A stretch of 36,712 nucleotides of DNA, taken from Bacillota bacterium (GTDB lineage: Bacteria; Bacillota; Clostridia; Peptostreptococcales; Anaerovoracaceae). How positions within the stretch are numbered: position 1 is the stretch's first letter; each line of letters opens with the position of its first letter. Under the pieces are notes generated by a model. It searched no databases, was not told where the DNA came from, and worked only from the letters and a program-made list of their open reading frames with translations. The position numbers and the translations under genes were made by a program. This document shows positions 8,184-16,057 of the stretch, in pieces. The stretch is from contig JAEEIC010000131.1 of NCBI GenBank assembly GCA_016281165.1, forward strand, positions 1-36,712, given 5' to 3'.

Positions 8184-8987
8184 TCAGTCCCCTCCCCCGC
8201 ATATCAGGCAGGCTGAATAACCCTGCGCTGTGGCCTGGCTCCTGGGCATGCTGACGTAGCTCTTGGTTATGGAGGCGCAGTCTTTTCTGTGGTATACGCT
8301 GCTGGTCTCAAGGAACATATATGCCCTGGCGCCGTCGGGCAGCCTGTCCGGCTTGCATATGCGGCAGGCGGAGCAGCGGGCGCGCAGCGATCTTGTTAAT
8401 ATGGTCTCCACGCAGCCGTCCTGCATTATATAACAGCCTTCCTTATGGTATCTCGCGCCTCTTTTGGGGAACACATAGACACGCGGGTCCTTCTCTTCCG
8501 ATTCCACAGGGCGGGATTCCCCTCTGAAGGGCCTGAAGGCGACCGTGCGCACGGACTCCAGCTTCGGGACGAAACCGTCTATCGAGGGAAGCTTCGTGTC
8601 GGTGCCTATCCTCACTATCACCAGTCCTTCGATCCTCACATTGCCCGGCAGCGGGATATCGAGCTCGGAATAGAAGCGCGGTATGCCTGTCTTCGCCTGC
8701 TCCCAATCCATCCCCTTCTTTTTGAAGAGCTCCCAGGCCGCGCGCCAGGAGAGATTTCCCGCGACGAAGAAGTCGTCGCTCCTGTCTGCTGCGGCAGCCG
8801 CGTCGATGCTTATTACGGAGCTCTCGGTCATGCCCCTGGTGATATTCTCTTCTATGCCGATCTGGGCCGTGATCATCAGCATAAGGGCGATGGCGACTAT
8901 GAAGAAAGGCATGCAGATGGCAGAATCGACTATCATCGAGCCTCTTTTATCTGTAGCGGTGTGTCTGTTCAACATATGCGATCCCAT
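8184..8987 (-). CDS. TadE-like pseudopilin with a C-terminal tandem H-x3-C...C-x2-C (Ada-like) zinc-ribbon pair
   Basis: Leader ...TDKRG|SMIVDSAICMPFFIVAIALMLMI resembles a TadE/class-III signal. The C-terminus has RYHKEGC...CSACRIC and VYHRKDC...GYSACLIC. The start is ambiguous: ATG 8987, 8975 or 8936. It overlaps the upstream gene end at 8947. Confidence 0.6.
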   Translation of the reverse strand: MGSHMLNRHTATDKRGSMIVDSAICMPFFIVAIALMLMITAQIGIEENITRGMTESSVISIDAAAAADRSDDFFVAGNLSWRAAWELFKKKGMDWEQAKTGIPRFYSELDIPLPGNVRIEGLVIVRIGTDTKLPSIDGFVPKLESVRTVAFRPFRGESRPVESEEKDPRVYVFPKRGARYHKEGCYIMQDGCVETILTRSLRARCSACRICKPDRLPDGARAYMFLETSSVYHRKDCASITKSYVSMPRSQATAQGYSACLICGGGD

Positions 8988-10338
8988 TCAGTATGCCAAA
9001 AGGCGTCGAGACGTATCTTTTCCTTATGAATCCTGCCTTCAGATCGAGACCGTAAGCATAGTCCCTGAAAGAAAAGCCGGTCCCGTCGATCTCGCTGACG
9101 TTCATCTCCATCACGTCCATGAGCCGGGCTGCCTTTTCCTGTTCGGGAACGAGCAGGAGCAGCAGCCGCAGATAGTCTCTGTAGCTTCCGTATTTATGCG
9201 TGACGTCGGCCGCCTTTCTGATCTTTCCCTTATCGATGAAGCTCTTCAGATCGGTGGCGAAATCGGAGGCGTCCTTGATCACGGGAACGATACCGCCGTC
9301 AAACAGGGTCACAAGATCCTGCCTGGTCTCTATCCCCGCCCAGATCAGGCCCAGGGCAGCCGTGGTCAGAGTATGCGGAAGCAGAGGGAAAGCGGCCGCG
9401 GCGGTCGAGACGATCGAAAGAAGCTTAGGCTCGGCGAATATGCTGCAGAGATTGAGGGAGTATCTGAGGCTCCTGAGACTGTTCCTCACCAGCTTCTGGT
9501 TGAGGGAATCGGAGGAAGAACCGTAGAGGATGTATTCGGTCTCCAGCTTGAGCAGGGTATCGTCCCTCGTCTCCGAAAGATCGGAGCAGCAGGAGAGTAT
9601 GTATTCTCCCAGAGCGACGTCGCCTAAAGAAAGATCCGCGATACCGCCGGAAAAGAGAAGTATCCCCCTTCCCTTATACCCCAGCAGGGCGGAGGGAAGC
9701 TTCTTTTTCAGGGACGCGGGAACAGAGGCCTTGCTCTGCGCTTTCTCGCTCCCTTCCTTAGAGGCTTCTTTCAGCCTGCTTCTGAGCTGCCTCGCCTGTT
9801 TTCGTCTTTCCCTTTCTTCACCCTCGGATTCATCCTGCGCGGCGTCTCCTCCTATCTCGCTGAGTTTCCTCTCTATCTCATCGAGGCTGTATCTCTCGCT
9901 GAGCCGGCCCGTTATCCCTTTCAGCATCTCGCCCAGCCTTCCGCCGTCAAGAAGCTCCTGAGCGGCCTTGAGAGCCCCTGTCTTTTCTATCTGCTCCAGG
10001 AACATCTCCGTGTTAAGGCCGGGATACTGCTCCGTTCTCACCCTCGCTTCCGCGCATTCCAGGCGCAGAGCCGCGGAGGAAAAGCTCAGATCGGTCCTCA
10101 GGTAGAATTCCGCCAGCTCCGAGAGCTCGTCCTCATACGATCTGATCATGAAGAGACCGTATCTGTCGAAGAGCTCTTTTTTGTATTCGGAAAGAAGGGA
10201 GCGTCCGGTCAGAAAGCAGAGATTCTCGGCGCAGCTCTCGGCTGCGGCGGAGGCCGAGACCTCCGCGAAGACAAGGGTGAGCAGTATCAATGAGCTCAAT
10301 ATCAGCACGAGGAATACCGAACTGAAGCCCTTCCTCAT
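8947..10338 (-). CDS. large Tad-associated protein with an N-terminal anchor (DUF5702-like)
   Basis: MRKGFSSVFLVLILSSLILLTLVFA is an N-terminal hydrophobic anchor, and there is a central highly charged segment (DESEGEERERRKQARQLRSRLKEASKEGSEK). I place the start at ATG 10338, which forms an ATGA overlap with the upstream stop (10335..10337). The track start 10350 is GTG. The DUF5702 name is from memory. Confidence 0.55.
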   Translation of the reverse strand: MRKGFSSVFLVLILSSLILLTLVFAEVSASAAAESCAENLCFLTGRSLLSEYKKELFDRYGLFMIRSYEDELSELAEFYLRTDLSFSSAALRLECAEARVRTEQYPGLNTEMFLEQIEKTGALKAAQELLDGGRLGEMLKGITGRLSERYSLDEIERKLSEIGGDAAQDESEGEERERRKQARQLRSRLKEASKEGSEKAQSKASVPASLKKKLPSALLGYKGRGILLFSGGIADLSLGDVALGEYILSCCSDLSETRDDTLLKLETEYILYGSSSDSLNQKLVRNSLRSLRYSLNLCSIFAEPKLLSIVSTAAAAFPLLPHTLTTAALGLIWAGIETRQDLVTLFDGGIVPVIKDASDFATDLKSFIDKGKIRKAADVTHKYGSYRDYLRLLLLLVPEQEKAARLMDVMEMNVSEIDGTGFSFRDYAYGLDLKAGFIRKRYVSTPFGILNGIAYVEQTHRYR

Positions 10339-10547
10339 CTGAAGATCCACCTGCCTCTCATTATGTCTTCCGCGGAGACGGTCTCGTCCTCACAGCTCTC
10401 CCTCGCGGCCAGAGCGTGGGCGGCGCTGCTGCTCACGACCTTACCGCTCATGTCGGAGCCTATGGAGATGAGGCCCGCGATGATGAGTATGATGAGCGGA
10501 TAGATGAGAGCCGCCTCGACCGCCGAACTGCCGCTCCTGGGCCCCAT
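10335..10547 (-). CDS. small TadE-like pseudopilin
   Basis: 70 aa: MGPRSG|SSAVEAALIYPLIILIIAGLISIG matches the TadE N-terminal pattern (G, then xxxVE, then a hydrophobic helix). Its ATG overlaps the flp stop by 1 nt (TGATG). Confidence 0.6.
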   Translation of the reverse strand: MGPRSGSSAVEAALIYPLIILIIAGLISIGSDMSGKVVSSSAAHALAARESCEDETVSAEDIMRGRWIFR

Positions 10548-10723
10548 CAGAATTTGGCCCCGTTGAGGGACTTGAACACCGTATTGACGAAGTTGGTGAT
10601 CTGCGTCTTGAACAGCAGACCCAGGGTCACGGCGATCGCGATCAGTATCGCCACCTGGACGAGCTCCATGCCGGACTTTCCTTTTTCCAGTTCATTCTTA
10701 AGTCTCAGAGTCAGTTCTTTCAT
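10547..10723 (-). CDS. flp: Flp-family type IVb/c prepilin (58 aa; missing from the ORF track because it is under 60 aa)
   Basis: My codon-by-codon translation gives MKELTLRLKNELEKGKSGMELVQVAILIAIAVTLGLLFKTQITNFVNTVFKSLNGAKF*. It has a charged leader ending in G, then a hydrophobic helix, and is pilin-sized. It sits directly after tadC and before the TadE-like genes. AGGAAA lies upstream. Confidence 0.75.
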   Translation of the reverse strand: MKELTLRLKNELEKGKSGMELVQVAILIAIAVTLGLLFKTQITNFVNTVFKSLNGAKF

Positions 10724-10768
10724 TTTCTTTTCCTTTCTTCTGTTTTATCATTGCGATAAGTTGTTTAT

Positions 10769-12082
10769 TCACATCCCTATGAGAACAGGGCCCGCGGCGA
10801 TGGCAAGCAGCGATATCAGAAGGAGCATCAAAGGCATGCAGAGCCTGGTCTCAAGCTCTCTCGCTTTTCCTTTTGCTCTGTTGAGCCTGCTGTCGTGCAT
10901 CCTGCCGCTCTCGGCGCTCAGCTTCTGCGAGAGTCCGCTGCCCCTCAGGCTCCCGTCTCTTATGAGAGAGGCGAATCTTATGAGCTCCCTGCTCCCGGTC
11001 GTTATCGAGTATGAATAAAAGGACTGGATGAAGGAGGCGTTGCTGCGATCGCATTCCTCCTTAATGTCCGCCATCGCCCTGAAGAGGGGTCCTCTCTCCC
11101 TTCCCTCCGGGGCCGCTATCCTGTCGAGAGCCGCGCTCACGACCAGACCGGCGTCCAGCAGCAGGACGAGCTGCGTCATGACCTCCTCGATCTGGTCTTC
11201 GAATTCGGCCGCTTCTTTCCTGAGCCTCTCCTTAAGGCCGGAATACCTTCCCGCCCACATCAGGGCAGCGGCGGCGATGAACATCAACGCAGCCTGCGGG
11301 ATGACGGCCCCGCTGACGGACATCCAGGTGACAGGCTCCCCCTCCAGCTCGGACGGGAGCATGATGACATCAGAGTCCTGGGCCGAGGCCGCGGCGGCCG
11401 CCGCTCTCGCTTCCGCCGCGAGCGCGAAGGACGGATCCGCGAGCGAGGGCATGAGTATGAATTCGAATATGACCTCTTTCGAGAACCGGTCCGTCATCAT
11501 CACGCACTCGGCTCTCACCAGAGTCCCGTCTTCCCTGCCCCAGAGCCTCAGGCTCCCGTCGTCCTTAAGTATCCCGGGATCGAGGCTCTGCCAGCTCAAA
11601 AGCACCTCCTCATCCTCCCAGCGGTCCGGGAAGAACAGATCGCCGCTGACCTTATCAAGGCTCTCGCTGCCGCCTTTCACGGTCTTTCGCAGCCATTCCT
11701 CGCAGAGAAGGAATATCTCCTCCGCCCCCTCTTCCGTGAGCTCCGCGGGCTCTATCTCAAAAGGCGTGTCGGCTTCTATAAGTCCGTCCGCGCTCTCTAT
11801 CCTGGCTTTCAGATCCAGCTCCAGGGCCGCGGAGCCGTGACCGGGCCTCGCGATCTCCGTCAGCTGCCGCGGTTCTTGCGCCGGCAGAAGGACAGCCGCG
11901 AGCGCGAAGATTAGTGTAAGCAGTAAGAGCGATTTAAGGCACTTCCTGTCGGCCCTTTCAAGCTCCGCGCCGAGGTCTTTCTTTCCGGTCCTGAGCCATT
12001 CATAGCTCAGGATGCTTTCGCGGCCCATGCTCTTAAGCAGCTCCGCGCATCTTTTCGCGCTCTTCGGCGGCTTTATCCTCAT
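10769..12082 (-). CDS. tadC: TadC-like platform protein (T2SS-F family) with a large inserted domain between TM1 and TM2
   Basis: 437 aa. TM1 is at about aa 50-67 and TM2 at about aa 256-277. A C-terminal T2SSF-like cytoplasmic region (QIEEVMTQLVLLLDAGLVVSAALDRIA...) is followed by a final TM. ATG 12082 overlaps the tadB stop (ATGA). Confidence 0.7.
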   Translation of the reverse strand: MRIKPPKSAKRCAELLKSMGRESILSYEWLRTGKKDLGAELERADRKCLKSLLLLTLIFALAAVLLPAQEPRQLTEIARPGHGSAALELDLKARIESADGLIEADTPFEIEPAELTEEGAEEIFLLCEEWLRKTVKGGSESLDKVSGDLFFPDRWEDEEVLLSWQSLDPGILKDDGSLRLWGREDGTLVRAECVMMTDRFSKEVIFEFILMPSLADPSFALAAEARAAAAAASAQDSDVIMLPSELEGEPVTWMSVSGAVIPQAALMFIAAAALMWAGRYSGLKERLRKEAAEFEDQIEEVMTQLVLLLDAGLVVSAALDRIAAPEGRERGPLFRAMADIKEECDRSNASFIQSFYSYSITTGSRELIRFASLIRDGSLRGSGLSQKLSAESGRMHDSRLNRAKGKARELETRLCMPLMLLLISLLAIAAGPVLIGM

Positions 12083-12834
12083 AGGCTGACCTCCGCGATC
12101 TTAAGGCTCCATAACAGCGCCAGGACCATCAGAGCGAGGCTCGACGTCATGATCATCCTGCCCGCCGGGGCTGTATACATGACTTCTATGTACGAATAGG
12201 AAAGAAGGTTCAGCATCAGCAGCACCAGGACCGGCATGGCGGCGAGGATGGCGATATCGAGCTTTCTCTGGGAAGTAAGGGCCTTGAGCTCATCCTTGAA
12301 GGCGAGCTTCTCCAGCAGGACAGAAGCGCATCTGAAGCAGACGTCCTCAAGGTCCCCGCCGTTGGTCCGGCAGACACGGTAGGATTCCGCGAACTGCTCT
12401 ATCTCCCTGATCCCGCTCCTTTTGGCGAGATCTTCCCATAGCAGATCCAGGTCCTCGTTGACTTCAAGATACTGCCTCGACATGTTCGCGGCCTCGCGCG
12501 CTATATCGCTCTCCCCGCCCCATGAAGTCGCGAGCTGAAAGGCGGCGTCCTGCAGAGCGGCGGGCATCTGCCTGCCGGCGGCGACGGAGCCTGAGATGAG
12601 ATAGAGCATGTCCCTGAAGCCCTCGGACAGCTTTTCCCGGCGCTTTTGCAGCAGATGCCTTACCCAAAAGCTTCTCAGCGGCAGGCTCCCCAGACAGCAA
12701 AGCAGTGATACCGGCAGGCTCCTGTAGAACAGCATACCGAGGAAAAACAGCAAAAGCGATGAGACTACATAATATTTAATACTGTCAACACCATTCATTT
12801 TGCAGACTCTGTAATCGTTCAAGACCTTCCTCAC
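12079..12834 (-). CDS. tadB: TadB-like platform protein (T2SS-F family)
   Basis: 251 aa with N-terminal TMs, a T2SSF-like cytoplasmic domain (FRDMLYLISGSVAAGRQMPAALQDA...) and C-terminal TMs. The track start 12834 is GTG. ATG 12798 is an alternative, so the start is uncertain. Confidence 0.7.
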   Translation of the reverse strand: MRKVLNDYRVCKMNGVDSIKYYVVSSLLLFFLGMLFYRSLPVSLLCCLGSLPLRSFWVRHLLQKRREKLSEGFRDMLYLISGSVAAGRQMPAALQDAAFQLATSWGGESDIAREAANMSRQYLEVNEDLDLLWEDLAKRSGIREIEQFAESYRVCRTNGGDLEDVCFRCASVLLEKLAFKDELKALTSQRKLDIAILAAMPVLVLLMLNLLSYSYIEVMYTAPAGRMIMTSSLALMVLALLWSLKIAEVSL

Positions 12835-14041
12835 CTCCTCTCAGCATTATCTTGCCCGTATCGATCAGCCGGTTCCCGGCGGGACGGAGCCCCTGCCCCG
12901 GCGTATAGCAGAACAGCCTGTTGAGCGCGAAGCCCTCGCCGTCCAGGCCCGCCAGCTCGCTGATCTCCGTAACCCTCCTGTGACCGTCCCTGGTCCTCGT
13001 GAGATGGACGATGACGTCTATGGCCTCCGCGATCTGGGATCTTATGACCGCGGGAGGGAGCTCGGCCCCGGTCCTGGCCATGGTCTGGAGCCTTCCCAGC
13101 ATGCCGGCGGCGGAGTTCGCGTGCCCGGTCGAAAGAGAACCGTCGTGCCCGGTGCTCATGGCGGCCAGCATATCGACCACCTCCCTTCCCCTCACCTCGC
13201 CTACTATTATGCGGTCGGGACGCATGCGAAGACTGGTCTTTATGAGGCCCTCCATGCTCACGCTCCCCCTGCCCTGGGCGTTGGCGTTCCTGGCCTCAAG
13301 CCTCACCAGATTCTCATGACCGCGTATCTGCAGCTCCGCCGAATCCTCTATCACTATCAGCCTTTCGTCAGCGGGGATGAAATCGGAGAGTATGTTGAGA
13401 AAAGTCGTCTTGCCCGAGCTGGTGCCGCCGCTGATGAAGATGTTGTAGCCCGTTTCTACCAGGAGCCTTAGGAGCTCCGCCGCCTGGGGACTGATGTCGC
13501 CGTTCTCTATCAGCTGCTCCATTGTGAGCCTGGCGCCCGAGAACTTTCTTATCGTCAGTATCGGTCCGCCTATCGCCACGTTCGAATTGACAGCGTTGAT
13601 CCTCGATCCGTCCGAGAGCCTGGCGTCGACTATGGGACTGAGATCGTTTATCTCGCGTCCGACCTTCGCGGCCAGTCTCTGTATGACCTGGCTCAGTCTT
13701 TCCGGGCTCTCGAAGGCAAGGTCTGTCCGCAGCGTCCTGCTGTTCTTTTCGATAAGTATATCGCGGCAGCCGTTGACCATGATCTCCGTGACCTGCGGAT
13801 CGTCAGCCAGATCCTGCAATATCTCCAACTCGCAGCGCAGCGTGCAGAAGACCATCCTCACGATCTTCGCTTTCTTTCTCAGGGGAAGATACGCAGTCGT
13901 CTTTCCCTCCATCACCGTGTCCTCGCAGAGCTCCAGGACCTCATCGTCGCCCGCGGCCGCGCTCTTCTGCATGCGGCCCCTTACCAGAGACGCCAGAGCG
14001 TCCACGCTTATCTTTTCATCCGATCGAGTGTTTTTCAGCAA
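12785..14041 (-). CDS. cpaF: CpaF/TadA secretion ATPase
   Basis: Walker A is GGTSSGKTTFLN and Walker B is RLIVIEDSAELQ. The His-box region is MSTGHDGSLSTGHANS. I propose TTG 14041 as the start (GGAGG 9 nt upstream, inside the tadZ-like 3' end). ATG 13972 is the alternative. The track start 14137 would overlap tadZ by 122 nt. Confidence 0.85.
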   Translation of the reverse strand: MLKNTRSDEKISVDALASLVRGRMQKSAAAGDDEVLELCEDTVMEGKTTAYLPLRKKAKIVRMVFCTLRCELEILQDLADDPQVTEIMVNGCRDILIEKNSRTLRTDLAFESPERLSQVIQRLAAKVGREINDLSPIVDARLSDGSRINAVNSNVAIGGPILTIRKFSGARLTMEQLIENGDISPQAAELLRLLVETGYNIFISGGTSSGKTTFLNILSDFIPADERLIVIEDSAELQIRGHENLVRLEARNANAQGRGSVSMEGLIKTSLRMRPDRIIVGEVRGREVVDMLAAMSTGHDGSLSTGHANSAAGMLGRLQTMARTGAELPPAVIRSQIAEAIDVIVHLTRTRDGHRRVTEISELAGLDGEGFALNRLFCYTPGQGLRPAGNRLIDTGKIMLRGGEEGLERLQSLQNEWC

Positions 14042-14966
14042 GCTTTGCCACCTCCGAGCCCAGCTGTCCGTAGACGTCGAGAAAACCCGCGTATTCGTCA
14101 GGCTGGGGCGAAAAGACCTCAAAAACAGCGCCCTCATCCGCGGCTCTGCGCTCCATCTCCTTCGCGAGAGCGGCGCGGGACGAACTGCTTCTTTCCTCCC
14201 TTTCGACCGCGAACCTGAACTCGCACAGCGGGCTCAGGTCGCCGAGAGCGGGAAGACCGCAGGGAACGTCGAGTATGACGTGATCGAAGATCGAGGAAGA
14301 GCATATCAAGTCCATCAGGTCACGGAGCAGCTCCCCGTCCGCCTCGTAAAGAGGATTTTTCGCCCTGAAAGGACCTGTATGCCTTACCCCAAAGCCGTCG
14401 GTCCTTAAGGCGGCCGTGAGCGCCTCGCGGGAGGCCCCGCCCTGCCGCACTCCAGCGAGCAGCCGCAGGAGCAATCTCTCAAAGGATGAGCCGGCATCCT
14501 CTCCCGCTCCTGACGCGGGATCCGCGCCGCTGCCTAAAGAAACAGTCACATACGGATCAAAACAAAGAAGCAGGACGTTTTTCCCCCTGACGCGGGAAAG
14601 ATACCTGGCCATGAGGGCGGCGCAGGTGGAGACGCCCTGTCCCCCGCAATAAGAGGTGAACAGGGTAAATACCGCGTTTTTGTCCGGCTCAAGAGTCCGA
14701 GGAAGGCGCAAAGAAACGCTGTCAAGATATCTTTCGTCGATGAGTGCTGTGATGGAAGAGGCAGGCAGGCTGCCGTCTAAAAGAATAGATCTGTCTTTAT
14801 GAAGCGAAGCCAACTCGGGATCGTCGGTCACGATGACTCCCCCCGCCTCGACCGGATAGTCGCGCACGGCGAGACGCCAGTTCCGGCGGCTCTGTGAGAG
14901 CCTCTCCGCCACGGCGTCCCCGAAGGAGTCTTCACGGCATACGATCTGCACAGTAAAAGGATCCAA
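14016..14966 (-). CDS. tadZ: TadZ/CpaE-like ParA/MinD-fold protein with a degenerate P-loop and a receiver-like N-domain
   Basis: 316 aa. A P-loop-like FTSYCGGQGVST stands in place of KGGxGK[ST]. It is the first gene of the operon. The start is TTG 14966, with GAGGAG 5 nt upstream. Confidence 0.55.
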   Translation of the reverse strand: MDPFTVQIVCREDSFGDAVAERLSQSRRNWRLAVRDYPVEAGGVIVTDDPELASLHKDRSILLDGSLPASSITALIDERYLDSVSLRLPRTLEPDKNAVFTLFTSYCGGQGVSTCAALMARYLSRVRGKNVLLLCFDPYVTVSLGSGADPASGAGEDAGSSFERLLLRLLAGVRQGGASREALTAALRTDGFGVRHTGPFRAKNPLYEADGELLRDLMDLICSSSIFDHVILDVPCGLPALGDLSPLCEFRFAVEREERSSSSRAALAKEMERRAADEGAVFEVFSPQPDEYAGFLDVYGQLGSEVAKLAEKHSIG

Positions 14967-15002
14967 ATGATCTCCTCTGTACCGCGTCGTTCTTACGACC
15001 AG

Positions 15003-15031
15003 ATATTACCATATATGCTCTGATATGGCAA
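15003..15031 (-). promoter_or_regulatory. candidate sigma-A promoter of the Tad-like operon
   Basis: On the minus strand: TTGCCA, a 17-nt spacer, then TAATAT preceded by TGG (extended -10), about 35 nt upstream of the tadZ-like start. Confidence 0.45.
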
Positions 15032-15154
15032 GAGTTATCTGAGAAATATTTACAATTATTTGATCCGGGCCCGAAAGCGGCGTTCCGCCGCGGCCGGCCC
15101 TGCTTCCCCATTCCGGACAGGACCGGATCCCGCTCCGCAGCCTTTATGAGCACG

Positions 15155-15185
15155 CAAAAAGACCGCGGCAGCAGCCGCGGTCTTT
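15155..15185 (-). terminator. rho-independent terminator of proC
   Basis: In minus-strand sense: GACCGCGGC-TGCT-GCCGCGGTC followed by TTTTTG. It separates proC from the Tad promoter. Confidence 0.6.
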
Positions 15186-15239
15186 CTGTTCGTATTGCTT
15201 ATGACCGGAGCCTCCGGTCATAAATTCCGGGCGTATCCG

Positions 15240-16040
15240 CTAGGCGAAATCCTTGTTCTTCTCGGTCGCGGCGATCACCGCCTCGAAGAGAGCGCTCCGG
15301 AAAGCCCCCTTTTCAAGAGTCCTGACGCCCTGGATGGTGGTCCCTCCGGGCGAGCAGACATTATCCTTGAGGGCGGCGGGAGAGACGCCTTCAATCAGCA
15401 GCTTCGCCGTCCCGTACATCATCTGCTCGGCGAGCTCGTAAGCGAGGGCCCTCGTGAGCCCGCAGGCCACGCCGCCGTCCGCGAGCGCCTCGACGAACAT
15501 GGCGGCAAAAGCGGGACCGCAGCCCGAGACGGAGCTTCCCGCGTCGATCAGATGCTCGGCCACAGGATAGAACTTTCCGGCCTTCTCCATGAAGCTCAGG
15601 AAGAAGCGCAGCTGCTCATCGCTCACGTTATCGCTGTGAGTATAGAGTATGGCGCCCTCCCCGACCGAAGCGGGCAGGTTCGGCATGATCCTGATGATGG
15701 GATAATCCGCGTTCCCGGCCATGGCGGTGAGCTTCTTCATCTGCATGCCGGCGGCCATGGAGACCAGCACGAAGGGCTTTTCCCTCTTCGCGAGGACGGG
15801 GGCGATGCCCTTGAGCATGTCCTCCATCATCTGGGGCTTGACGCCCAGGAAGATATAGTCCGCCTTTTCGGCGATCTCTTCGTTTCCGGTAAAGCGGGCG
15901 CCGAGGCTCTCCGCGACCGGTCTTACCTTTTCTTCGAACTTGTCCGCGACCAGAATATAAGCGGGATCATGCTTCCTGCAGGCCGCTCTCAGCAGGGATC
16001 CTCCCATATTGCCGGCGCCTATGAAGCCAATGAGTGACAT
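15240..16040 (-). CDS. proC: pyrroline-5-carboxylate reductase
   Basis: MSLIGFIGAGNMGGSLL is a Rossmann motif, and CSPGGTTIQG is a ProC signature. I place the start at ATG 16040 (AGGAG 7 nt upstream) rather than the track start 16061. Confidence 0.9.
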   Translation of the reverse strand: MSLIGFIGAGNMGGSLLRAACRKHDPAYILVADKFEEKVRPVAESLGARFTGNEEIAEKADYIFLGVKPQMMEDMLKGIAPVLAKREKPFVLVSMAAGMQMKKLTAMAGNADYPIIRIMPNLPASVGEGAILYTHSDNVSDEQLRFFLSFMEKAGKFYPVAEHLIDAGSSVSGCGPAFAAMFVEALADGGVACGLTRALAYELAEQMMYGTAKLLIEGVSPAALKDNVCSPGGTTIQGVRTLEKGAFRSALFEAVIAATEKNKDFA

Positions 16041-16057
16041 AGGTTGCTCCTTTCGCA

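Noticed and set aside
14932-15153. A 73-aa minus-strand ORF upstream of the Tad operon.
   Set aside because: It spans the proC terminator hairpin and the Tad promoter. It has no RBS and an odd composition, so it is most likely non-coding.
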